A stretch of DNA of 64,000 bases from Mobula hypostoma (lineage: Eukaryota). Numbering within the stretch: position 1 is the stretch's first letter; each line of letters begins with the position of its first letter. A program made the translations under genes and the position numbers. Under the pieces are notes generated by a model, which was not told where the DNA came from, ran no database searches, and saw nothing but the letters and a program-made list of their open reading frames with translations. Shown piece by piece: positions 24,448 through 35,297 of this stretch. Where the stretch lies: contig NC_086097.1 of assembly GCF_963921235.1 (NCBI RefSeq), positions 63,924,001 through 63,988,000 on the forward strand, read 5' to 3'.

Positions 24448-24552
24448 CTGTAACTCTTCATTATCTAACAATTCTCTACTCTTTCTTTGAAGAAATACTG
24501 CTCTGGATTCTTCTCTTAATTTCTGCAACAAAATTTCGTCTTCTGCTGGAAG
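24448..24552 (-). CDS. PPP2R3C: PPP2R3C exon 3 (LPAEDEILLQKLREESRAVFLQRKSRELLDNEELQ)
   Basis: tttgtaag (AAG) acceptor / gtatga; 105 nt. Confidence 0.94.
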
Positions 24553-24829
24553 CTTACAAAGCATTGAAAGGGTTTAGAAATCTTGTTAGTTTATTCTCAG
24601 CAAAACAGTTACAATTATGAAATACAGAAAGTAAATTACATTATCAACCAACATCAGTTATTAAAATACAAGAAATTACTCTAATTATAGTAAAACATTT
24701 GAACTTAAATTTAAAAACAAATAAATTTATACTGTTTCTATGATTATACAGATATTTGAAAATATATATTGCAATCCTGCAGCTTTTACATAGTGAAAAC
24801 TATGCAAGCTGGAAATAGAAATTACTTAC

Positions 24830-24957
24830 CCTATAATAAAATCTTGGGATGCTTCGGTAAGATAAATTGGCCATTTTCCTGTCTCCTCTCCATTCCACGT
24901 AATATTTAGTAAATAGTTCCATCTCATTATCCTTTAGTTCTTCATCTGTCTTTTTGG
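24830..24957 (-). CDS. PPP2R3C: PPP2R3C exon 2 (KKTDEELKDNEMELFTKYYVEWRG...IPRFYYR)
   Basis: aaatag / gtaagt; 128 nt. Confidence 0.94.
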
Positions 24958-26379
24958 CTATTTCATTAAAACAAATAAAATAATAACACTTCCTTCAGTA
25001 AGAATATTGTGACCATTATCAACGAGCTGTTTTACATGTATTATTCAGTTATTATAAGTATCTAATAGTGGGACATATGTAATGAATATTTTTTCACTTA
25101 TTTTCTTCTGCCAAGTACATTCAAACCGTTCTCAAAATTCTATTCTTACTCGCAACGCAATGTAAATATGGAAGAATCAAGTCAAGTGACTTGTTTTGCT
25201 AAGTAACCACAATATAAAAATAGGAAAATTGCATGTTTTGTATACATGCAATATTACTGTACTGTATTATCTTGCTGCTTATTTAGTTAATCAGCTTGTA
25301 GGCTGTTGGACTGATACTTGCACTGTTTATTCTATGAGCTTCTACTTAGTACAGTTAAAAGAAAACAATTTTTGCTTGAATTTCCAGTATCTGCGGATTT
25401 TCTCTTGTTTGGAATTTCTATATTTTCCCCAGGATCAACAACATTTCACAAATATCAGCCATTTAAAAATGGAGGAAGTTAATGGGAGAAACTGGAATGG
25501 TTTCAGTACTGAGCACAAACATGGTAGTGGTGTTTCTGCTCCCTTCAGAATGTCAATATTCTCTCTGAGTTTATGCTTAAAGAGTACTTCTATCATAGTG
25601 CAGCTAATATCCATGCACCAACACTGTAAGAGCAAAGATTAAACTCAACAAAGCTTCAGAGGCATTACAAATGTTGACAGGATGGTCCAATTTCAATTAC
25701 TAATGAGTGGTGTTTTCTGAGACTTACATGTTAAGTTCTAATGAAAGTTGTGCATTTTAGAGTTATGAAAATAGAAAGTCTGATGCTATGTATATGGACT
25801 TTTCAAATACCTTTTGAGAAACTGCTACCTAGAAGCAAAATTGAAGCCAAAAGGAACTGAAGAGGAATATAAAATGTATACATAATTAACTATAAATCAG
25901 AAAGCAGAATGGCTGATTGTCATTTTGGATGGAATAATAGTTATGACCCATAAGGAGGTGGTATTCGGATTACTGCTTATTTTAATACATTTGAATGGCC
26001 TGGAATCAGATATAAAGGACATCATTTTGAAGGCAGCAATAGTCTGAAATGGAGTTAACAACAAGGAGAATAGGTGCAGATATCATGGGAAAAAAAGAGT
26101 TGATAAAGCAAACACACACAGAAGATATTTGACAGAAGCAGAGAGGAAAGAATGCAATAATGCAACATAAGCAAGATGATATAATTTTAAAGGGAACTTA
26201 GTAACAATATTATCTGAGATTTCCCAAAGAATATTTTTAAAAGTGGAAGGACAAGTAATGAAGAAGAACACATTGATTTTGTATTTCTAAATACAAAAAG
26301 AAAAGACATGCTAAATCATTATATATCACTAGTTAAGCTACTGGAGAAAATAAGAACCATACCAGTGGACTGAGCAGAC

Positions 26380-28325
26380 GACACTCAAAATGCTGGAAGA
26401 ACTCAGCAGATCAGGCAGCATCCATGGAAATGAATAAAGTGTCGATATTTCAGGCTGACACCCTTCTTCAGGACTGGAAAGGAAGGGCGAAGGTGCCAGA
26501 ATAAAATAGTGGGGGGAGGGGGAGGAGGACTAGCAGGAAGGTCTTAAGTGAAGCCAGATGGGGGGGGAAGGCAAAGGGCTGGAGATGAAGGAATCTGATA
26601 GGAGAGGAGAGTGGACCATGGGAGAAAGGGAAGGAGGAGGGGCACCGGGGGAGGTGATAGTTGGAAGGGAAAAGGGCTGGAGAGGAAGGAATCTGATAGG
26701 AGAGGAGAGTGGACCATGGGAGAAAGGGAAGAAAGAAGGGCACCAGGGGAAGGTGACAGGCAGGCGAGGAAAAGAGGTAAGAGGCCAGAGTGAGGAATAC
26801 AAGAGGGAAGGGAGAGAAAAAATTACTTCCAGAAAGAGAAATAAATGTTCAGGCTATCAGGTTAGAAGCCACCTAGACGAAAAAATGAGGAGTTGCGCCT
26901 CCTCCCTGAGAGTGGTCTCCTCCTGGCAGGAGAGGAGGCCATGGACCGACATGTCGGAACAGCAACGGGGATAGGAATCAGGCATCTGAGGTTGGCCACC
27001 AGGAAATTCTGCTTTTTGCAGATGGAGCGGAAGTGCTTGACAGAGCGGTCTCTCAATATACGTCAGGTCTCACCAATATCGAGGAGGCCACATTAGAAAC
27101 ATCGGATTTCACAAACAAGCCCAAGAGATTTGCAGGTAAAGTCTTGCCTCACCTGGAAGGACTGTTTGGGGCCTGAATGAAGGTAAGGGAGGAGGTGAAT
27201 GGGCACATGTAGCAGTTCTGTCACCTGCAGTGAGATTAGTAGGGAGGGACAAATGGACAAGGGAATCATGGAGGGCGCAATCCCTGCAGAAAGCAGAGTG
27301 GGGGGGGTGAGGTAAAGATGAGTTTGGTGGTAAGATCCTGTTGAAGATGGCGAAAGTTGTGTAGAATGATGTGTTGGATGGGGAAGCTCATGGGGTGGTA
27401 GGAAAGGACAAAAAAGACTCTATCACTGTTAAGTCGGTGGGAAGATGGGGTGAGTGCAGATGTCTGGGAAATAGAGAAGATTTGGGTGAGGGCAACATCA
27501 ATGGTGGAAGAAGGGAAACCCCATTCTTTGAAAAAGAAGGACATCTCTGATATACTGGAAAGGAAAGCAGCAAGGAAAGGGAACAGATGTGGCAGAAATG
27601 AAGGAACTGAGAAAAGGAAATGGCATTTTTACAGGAGATAGGGTGGAAAGAGGTATAGTCAAAATAGCCATGGAAATCGGTAGGTTTATAAAAGATGTCG
27701 GTAGGCAGTTTGTCTCCAGAGATTAAGACAGAGAGATTGAGAAAAGGGAGGAAGGTGTCAGAAATGAACTGTTAATTTAAGGGCAGTACAGAAGTTGGAG
27801 GCAAAGTCGATGAAATTGATGACATCAGTCAACATGGGTGCATGAAGCAACACCAATGTAGTCATCAATGCAGCGGAAGGAGAGATGGAAAGCATTACCA
27901 ATGAAAAGACAGGCATAGCTGGTGCTCTGCGGGTACTCATGGCTCCCCTTGAGTTTAGAGAAAGTGGAAGGAGCCAAAGGAGGGTGTTGAGGATGAAGAC
28001 CAGTTCTGCCAGACAGAGGAGAGTGGTGGTGGAGGGGAACTGGTTGGGTCCTTAGTTGAGAAAGAAGTAGAGAGCTTTAAGGCTTTCCAAATGGGGGATA
28101 GAAGTGTTCAACAACTGGGCAGCCATGGTGAAAATGAGGTGGTCTGGGCCAGTTGTTGAGGAAATCGAGTACATATGAAACATTGGGGATGCAGGTGGTA
28201 AGGAAATGAAACAAGGGGGATTGAATGGAGTTGAGGTATGCGGACACAGGTTCAGTGGGGCAGGAGCAAGTAGAGACAACGACCATACCCGGTCTGCCAT
28301 GTTTGTAGATCTTGGGTAGGATGAA
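26380..28325 (-). mobile_element. Penelope-like element (RT, GIY-YIG and terminal repeat with hammerhead motif), degenerate
   Basis: Minus strand RCIDDYIG (RYIDD-like), LDIGET*RILRDR..H (YIGET), FFKEWGFPSSTID; hammerhead core at 26441-26476. Confidence 0.82.
26441..26476 (-). ncRNA. Minimal type-I hammerhead ribozyme motif
   Basis: cagtc-CTGAAGA-a-gggt gtca gcct-GAAA-t-ATC-gac. Confidence 0.6.
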
Positions 28326-30860
28326 CTTTCACCCACCACATCCATGCCATATTTATGTTTGCTCTCAACACCACTGCTGTTGGCTGAATCAAAAGTGGTG
28401 ATGAAACGGCATATACAATGGTGCTAGAAACTTTGTGAACTCTGTAGAATTTTCTCAATTTATGCATAAATATGACCTAAAATATGATCAGATCTTCACA
28501 CAAGTCTAAAACTAGGTAAAGAAAACCCAGTTAAGTAAATAACACTAAAAACATTATACTTGTTCATTTACTTATTGAGAAGAATTATTCAATATTACAT
28601 GTATTTGTTGGAAAAGAATGTATCTCTGGGGTAATGCCTTCTATAAAAGCTGTTTGGAGTCAGGTGTTCTAATCAATGAGGTGAGATTGGAGGTGTGAGT
28701 TGTAGAGGTGCCCTGCCCTATAAAAAAGGCACACAGAGTCAGGTTACTGACAAAGCCTGTGCCTCTCAAGAAAGAGCTGTTTATCTGCACTACGCCTCAA
28801 TCAAAACAACTTTTACAGCACCTTAGAAGAATTGTAGAGATGCATGAAGCTGAAAAAGGCTACAAAAGCATTTCTAAAAACCCGAGTGTTCATCAGTCCA
28901 CAGTAAGAGAAATTGTCCACAGAGGAAACTCAGTACTGATGTTACTCTCCCTAGGAGTGGGCATCAAACCAATAGCATAATGTGCAATGTTGAAGGAGAC
29001 GACAAAGAACCCAAGAGTAACAGCAAAAGACCTGCAGAAATCTCTAGAACTTGCTAAAAGTCCCGTTCATGTGTCCACTATAAGAAGCACAATGAACAAG
29101 AATGGTGTTCATAGAGGGACACCACGGAGGAAACCACTGTTCTCCAAAAAAAAAAGCATTGCTGCACGTCTGAAGTTTTCAAAAGACCATCTGGATATTC
29201 TACAATGCTTCTGGGACAATGTTCTGTGGACAGATGAGACAAGAGTTGAACTCTTTGGCAGAAATGCACATTGTTAGGTTTGAAAGAAAAAGGGCACTGC
29301 ACACCAACACCAAAACCTCACCCCAACTGTGAAGCATGGTGGTGGAAGAAGCATCATCGTTTGGGGCTACTTTGCCGCCTCAGGGACTGGACAGCTTGCA
29401 ATTGTAGAGGAAAGAATGAGTTCAAAATCGTATCAAGACATTTTACAGGAGAATGTCAGGGTAGCAGTCTGTCGCCTGAAACTCAATAGAAGTTGGATAA
29501 TGCAACAAAACAGTGATTCAAAAGACAAGGGTACATCAACAACAAAATGGTTTAAAAAGAAGAAAATTCATTTTCGAATGGTCGTCAAAGTTCTGACCTT
29601 AATCCTAGAGATGGTGTGGAAGGACCAGTTCATGCAAGGAAGCCCACCAATATCCCAGAGTCGAAGCAGTTTTATTTTTAAGGAGAAATGGCCTAAAATT
29701 CCTCCAAGCTGATGTGCAATACTGATCAACAATTAGCGGAAATGTTTGGTTGAAGTTATTGTTGTACAAGCGGGGGTCACACCAGTTACTGAAAGTAAAG
29801 GTTCACACACTTTTTCCAACAAATACATGTAATATGGGATATTTTTTCTCAATAAATAAATGAACAAGTATAATGTTTTTTGTGCTATTTTTTTAATTGG
29901 GTTCTCTTTATCTAGTTTTAGGGCCTGTGTGACGATCTGATCACATTTTAGGTCATATTTATGCAGAAATTGAGAAATTTCTACAGAGTTCACAAACTTT
30001 ATAGCACCACTGTAGGAGGGACAATGCAAATCTGGTTGAATGGTGCCACAACAACAACCTCTCACTCACTGTCAGCAAAACCAAAGAGCTTACCATTGAC
30101 TTCAGGAACAAGCTGCCAGAGGTCCATGAGCCAGTTCTCATCAGTGGATCAAAGCGGAGAGGGTCAGTAACTTTAAATTCCTTGGTGTTACCATATTAGA
30201 GAATCTGTCCTGGAACCAGCACGCAAGTACCATCAGAAAGAAGGCATGGCGGTGCCTCTACTTTCTTAGAAGTTTGCATTGATTCAGTATGTCATCCAAA
30301 ACTTTGACAAACTTTTATAGATGCACAGTGAAGAGCATCAGGGCCTGGAATGGAAACACCAATGCCCAAACGAAAAGTCTATAAATAGTGATGGATACAG
30401 CCCAGTCCATCACAGGCAAAGCCTTTGCCATCACTGAGCACATTTACAAGCAGCGCGAGCCCAAGAAAGCAACATCCATCACCAAGGACCCCCATCATCC
30501 AGGCCATGCTCTCTTCCTGCTAGCACCTTTGGGCAGGAGGTACCAGAATCTTAGGTCCCACACCACCAGGCTCCTGAACCAGAATGGATAACGTCACTCA
30601 CCTCAATGCTGAACTGATTCCACAATCTATACACTAATTTTCAAAGACACTATAACTCATACTCTCAGTATTACTTATTTACTTTTATAATTATTTTCAG
30701 AATTTGTCTTCTTTTGCACATTGGTTGTTTATCAGTCTTCAGTACTTCATAAATTATATTGTAGTTTATTTTTCTGTACATGGCTGAAGCTAAGGAATCT
30801 CAAGGTAGTGTATGGTGACACACAAGCAGTTCTGATAATAAATTTACTTTAAATTTTGAA
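28325..30860 (+). mobile_element. Rex/Babar LINE remnant split by the Tc1 insertion
   Basis: Flanks rejoin as gatgaaacggcata|ta|ggagggac...aatggtgccacaacaacaacc, colinear with the 41-45 kb copy. Confidence 0.75.
28416..30012 (+). mobile_element. Tc1-family DNA transposon, near full length, ~200-bp TIRs, decayed transposase
   Basis: TA at 28414-28415 and 30013-30014; long inverted repeats; GYKSISK, VLWTDETRVELFG, KHGGG.SIIVWGYF motifs; second catalytic D mutated (QQNSD). Confidence 0.93.
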
Positions 30861-31094
30861 CATTGACGATCAAATTCCCATCTATATTAATCCCATTTAC
30901 AAGCACTTAGTCAGTAGTCTTTTATACCTGGGGGATTCAAATAGGTATTTTGTACAAAATTGGTAAGAAAAAAAATTAATATCAAAATCACAAAGAGTTT
31001 AGCTCAAATAAAGCAAAAACTCTCTGCTGGGAGATGGTTTTTCATGTAGAGGATATACATTTAAAACGAGATGCGGAGGCTTACATGAATAATT

Positions 31095-31345
31095 ACAGGC
31101 AGCATGGCAGTGTAGTAGTTAGCACAATGGTTTACAGTACCAGTGATACAGGTTCAATTCCCACCGCTGTTTGTAAGGAGTTTGTACTTTTGCCCATGGC
31201 TGTGCGGGTTTCCGCTGGGTGTTCCGGTTTCCTCCCACGGCCAAAAATGTACCAGTTAGTAGGTTAATTGGTCATTGTAAATTGTCCCGTGATTAACTAG
31301 GATTGCTAGATGGCACAGCTCGAAGGGCTACTCTGTGCTGTCTCA
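31095..31345 (+). mobile_element. tRNA-derived V-domain-like SINE
   Basis: ggcagtgtagtagttagc ... ggttcaattccc boxes; same core as 22019-22322. Confidence 0.72.
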
Positions 31346-31461
31346 ATAAGCAATATGGAAAACATTACCATCAAGAGTAGCAGAACAAGTTTCATGGAAC
31401 ATTAAAAGTGATTTTAATAGACTATTGAAGATAATTTCAGAACAAAGGAGAAAGAAAGGGG

Positions 31462-32345
31462 CAAAAACAAGAGATTCTACAGATGTGGAAATCTTGAGTA
31501 ACACACACAAAATACTGGAGGAACTCAGCAAGTCAGGCAGCATCTACAGAGGAGAATAGAGTCAATGTTATGGGCCACAAGTCTTCATCAGGACTAGAAA
31601 GGAAGAGGGCAGAGACCAGAGGCCAGACTATGAAGGTGGTGGTGGTGGTGGTGGTGGGGTGTGAAGTACAAGCTGGCAGGTGATATGCAAAGCTTGGAGA
31701 GGTAGAAGATGGGTGGGTGGGGGATGCGGGATGAAGTAAGAAGCTGGGAGGGCACAAGTGAAAGAGGTTAAAGGCTGAAGGAAAAGGAGCCTAACAGGGG
31801 ACGATTGTGGACCATGGAATAAAGGAGAAGTGAACTAGAGGTGATGGATAGGTAAGAAGGTAACCAGAATGGGGAATGGGAAATGGGGAGAAGGGAGAGT
31901 ACCAGAAAATGGAGACAAGGGGAGAGTAATTATTGTAAGTTTATATACATTGATTTCTCTAACTTCTAGGTAATTACTACTTCCTCCTCTCTTTTTCCCA
32001 TTCCCCATTCTGGTTTCCATCTTACCCCTTCTCTTCTCACCTGCCCGTTGGCTCCCTCTGGTTCCCTTCCTCCTTCCCTATATTCCATGCTTAACAGTCC
32101 TCTCCTATTAAGACTCCTTCAGCCCTTTAGCTCTTCTACCTGTCATCTCTCAGCTTCTTACTTCATCCACCTTCCCACTCAATTAGTCTTAACTATCGCC
32201 TGCCTCTTTGCCTGCCCCAACTCCTTATTCGGTCTTCTGCCCCCTTCCTTTCCAGTCCTGACGAAGGGTCCCGACCCACAACGTCGACTGTTTCATTCGC
32301 CTCCATAGATGCTGTCCGAGTTCCTCCAGCATTTTATGTGTTGTT
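31462..32345. repeat. Two Penelope-like terminal repeats in inverted orientation
   Basis: Purine-rich left arm and pyrimidine-rich right arm with complementary ends (cacaaaatactggaggaactcag / gagttcctccagcattttatgtg). Confidence 0.7.
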
Positions 32346-32725
32346 GAGAAAAGCAACGTGACAGCTGGAAAATCCTTCCAAAGAGTAAGTAAAAGTGGAG
32401 CGAATTGCTTTTTGTGCTGCTTCGGAATTAAACCGATGATCAAAAATCAGATTTTCAACTTTTTACATTTTTGTTTTAGATTTCCAGCATTCGAATGTGT
32501 TCATGAGTTCAATCCTAGATACATATGCCTTCAGCAACTATTGCAATTCATTAAAAAGTTTACCGTAACTAAGCGATTTACAATCAGACAGCAATGTTAT
32601 CAGTAGCACAATTAATGGTGAAACCTCGCTTCTTTACTTACATAATTGCAAATACAAACCCCAAAATCCTAATGAGGAGATGAGTGCCTATGTGGTCTTT
32701 GTGCTCACTAAGCGAAGACACTTAC

Positions 32726-32858
32726 GTTTCTGGGAAGCCACAGTTCTCAACCGATTCTTTAACGTCTGTTTCCAATCCCGAGCCGGGGCCGGAGTCGGAG
32801 TCGGAGTCGGAATTGGGACCGGGGCCGCAGCCGGTGCCTGGCCCTCGACCGTCTCCAT
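32726..32858 (-). CDS. PPP2R3C: PPP2R3C exon 1 coding part (METVEGQAPAAAPVPIPTPTPTPAPARDWKQTLKNRLRTVASQK)
   Basis: Strong Kozak gcgccATGG; gtaagt donor; DWK..L..RL matches recalled human MDWKEVLRRRL; phase 1 joins exon 2 in frame; the 13 exons sum to 1437 nt. Confidence 0.88.
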
Positions 32859-33229
32859 GGCGCTGCTGCCGGAATCGCCGTCCGGCAACCTCATTGGTTG
32901 AATGTCTTTCACTCTCACCTCTGACCCTAAGACCTTCTCCAGACAACCAATGCTCAGCGGCGGCTTGTTGTCGTCATGAAGATGCGGCGGCGGCGGATGA
33001 TGTGAGTGCGTGCTGTATTTGGAAAGGAGAGTCGCTGTCGGCGGGGATTTAAGTCTCTAGTGCTGATAGCTGTTGTCCATTGCTGTTTTATACGTTCAGT
33101 GTGCTATGCTGACACCGGCTAGACCTGACTGGCGGAGAATTATTTGTGAATCGCATCGTTTCGCCCGGGAGAGCGTGGTTTTCAGCCGACCTGTTGTGAC
33201 GGTCGTGAGGTCAAGGAAACGTGCTTAGT
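32859..33229. promoter_or_regulatory. CpG-rich bidirectional promoter and 5' UTR region of PPP2R3C and PRORP, with two opposed CCAAT boxes
   Basis: Divergent start codons separated by 371 bp; local CpG enrichment; cattggttg 32892-32900 and caaccaatg 32944-32952. Confidence 0.75.
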
Positions 33230-34203
33230 ATGTTGCCTTGGCGTACAGGGACTTTTGCTTCCAATTTAAAACGTACGTTTACTTCTGTGATCAGAGCTCA
33301 AGGTGTACCGGGACTTTTGCCATGTTCCTTTGCTCCGTGGTCCTGCACCCCTTTGAGATTTTTAATGTTAGGTGTGAGTAGACAGGATGATGGCAACAAG
33401 AGGATTTCACCAAGTACTCAGCAAGAAAAAGTTCGCAGAAGTGCAACTGGTACTTCGTTTTCTTTGTTTACTGCAGGGGCTGCCAGAAAAAGAGCCGGGT
33501 TAGCAAAAAGCAAACTTGGTAACAAACTGATTGATGTTCCAAAGATAGTTAACTCTGCAAAAACGCCAATACCAATAAAACCTTTAAGTATTGATGAATG
33601 GAAGAAAATGAAAGCTGAAACGTACAACAAAACCCGTTTTGAAGTAAGCATGATGGAAAAGCTCCTGTCTAATCATGCAAGTATTGACATAGCTAAGTCA
33701 CTTTTAGTTTATGTGACAAAGGAAACTGGTACAGTTGACTATGAACTTCTTTTGAAATATTTAGCACTGTGTGTCCAAGGGAATCATGTAAATGAGGTGC
33801 TAGATTTATATGGCATTATGAAAATGAAATTTGAGACATTGGATACTGGAGCTTACAGCCTCTTCATCAATGGATTTAGCAAGACTGATCGTTGGAAGGA
33901 AGCCATGATATTTTTGGATTCAATCAAAAAGATGATTAACCCATCACCAAGAAATTATGGTGATATTATTATTTCTGCGCTCCAGCACAAAGAAGTAGAA
34001 ACCGCTTGGAGGTTATTTAAAGAGATGGAAGAGAGAAACCTAAGCCCAAATGAAGATACGTTACAGGCATTTTTTGATTGTGGTAAATCATCTTGTGATG
34101 AACATTATGAAAGTATGATGTTGAATATCCTTTCATATCTGAGAGACAATCAGATATATCCTGGAGAAAGTTTAATGCAGAGTATCCAGTCATGGTTTGA
34201 GAG
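33230..34203 (+). CDS. PRORP: PRORP (mitochondrial RNase P catalytic subunit, MRPP3) large first coding exon: targeting peptide and PPR repeats
   Basis: Open frame from ATG 33230 with a basic, acid-poor N-terminus; FTAGAAR motif; PPR-like repeats (AYSLFINGFSKTDRWKEAM, NYGDIIISAL); LRDNQIYPGES..SIQSWFE; gtaaaa donor. Exact start codon is inferred. Confidence 0.92.
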
Positions 34204-34445
34204 GTAAAAACAATAATCTGCTTTTTGAGGTTTAATAACAAATTCAATTTATCTTTGTTCCTTTATAGTGCTGTGGGTTAGGTACAGTTCCTTTGTGTAT
34301 GTTGTTTCAATGTAGCAAGCTGTTGATCTTTGCACAGAAAAACTCTTGACACCCAGTCTGCAATGCCCACTTTTTTTTTTAATGGTCACCTTCTATCACA
34401 AATTAGCACCATTTAACATTATTTGCTTGACTTTTATTCTTAGTC

Positions 34446-34660
34446 TTGTTGTTCAGTCGTTAAGTTGAGTCCAACTCTTCGTGATCTCATGGTCATAGGG
34501 TTCATAGGGTTTTCATGGCAAGATATGGAAGTAGATTTCCAGGCCTTTCTTCCATGCAGATGCTGCTGCTGCTGCCCTGGTTGGGACCCGGCTGGGTTTG
34601 AACTCAGGACCATCTGTCTTGAAGTTCAGTGCTGATGCCACTACACCACCAGCCGGCCCA
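34446..34660 (-). mobile_element. tRNA-head SINE with RTE-like (CAA)n tail
   Basis: 11-bp TSD tattcttagtc (34435-34445, 34661-34671); tggtgtagtgg and gagttcaaacc boxes. Confidence 0.8.
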
Positions 34661-35249
34661 TATTCTTAGTCACTTTTCATTTAAATGGAGATTTCATATA
34701 GAATAAGCTGTGAGTTTAATTATTACTCATTTTTTTAAGGAAAATATCCTTAGCTTTTCTTTTACCAATTGGACCAATTACTTGTGTGGGTACATCTTGT
34801 GATTCTGTGATAGTTTTGAGAGAAGATGATCTGTAATTTTCAAAGTTAATTGGTTCACTTGTATTAATCAATAATATAACAGTTTCAACATGATATTGAT
34901 GAAACTTTACTGTGCATGTATTCAACAATTACAGAATGATAATATCAAGATTGGAAGTTGGCTGTATCTAAAACTATGGACACTTGTATATGCTTTCTAG
35001 TGATCATCACAGAATGACTTGTCATAATTCAAATCCTTGCACTGTCTCTTATTTGATCATAAGACATGGCTCCAATATTCTGAAATGACTACAGTGTTCC
35101 TTATCATAGCCTATGTGAGTACTGGAATTTGGGAATATAGTAAAATATTTTGAACATTATTTTGAATGAACCTTTTTACAATAGCAAACTTTAAACTTTT
35201 TTTTCATTTATTATAGCTGTTATTTATTATGTTTTTATTGTAATTTCAG

Positions 35250-35297
35250 CCTTCCAGGTAAGAGATGGGTAGGACACAAAGCAACTATTGCACACAG
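35250..35297 (+). CDS. PRORP: PRORP exon (SLPGKRWVGHKATIAHS)
   Basis: tttcag / gtatgt; 48 nt phase 2-2; matches recalled human SVPGKQWKGQFTTV. Confidence 0.88.

Noticed and set aside
26558..26974. G/E/R-rich ORFs with a tandem duplication of about 98 bp
   Set aside because: Low-complexity purine tract of the Penelope-like terminal repeat; no independent coding evidence.
31095..31170. tRNA-like sequence (also near 34590-34660 and 52250-52330)
   Set aside because: These are SINE heads continuing into SINE cores; no complete cloverleaf.
32680..33052. Overlapping plus-strand ORFs at the promoter
   Set aside because: Expected by chance in GC-rich, hexamer-repeat sequence antisense to PPP2R3C exon 1.
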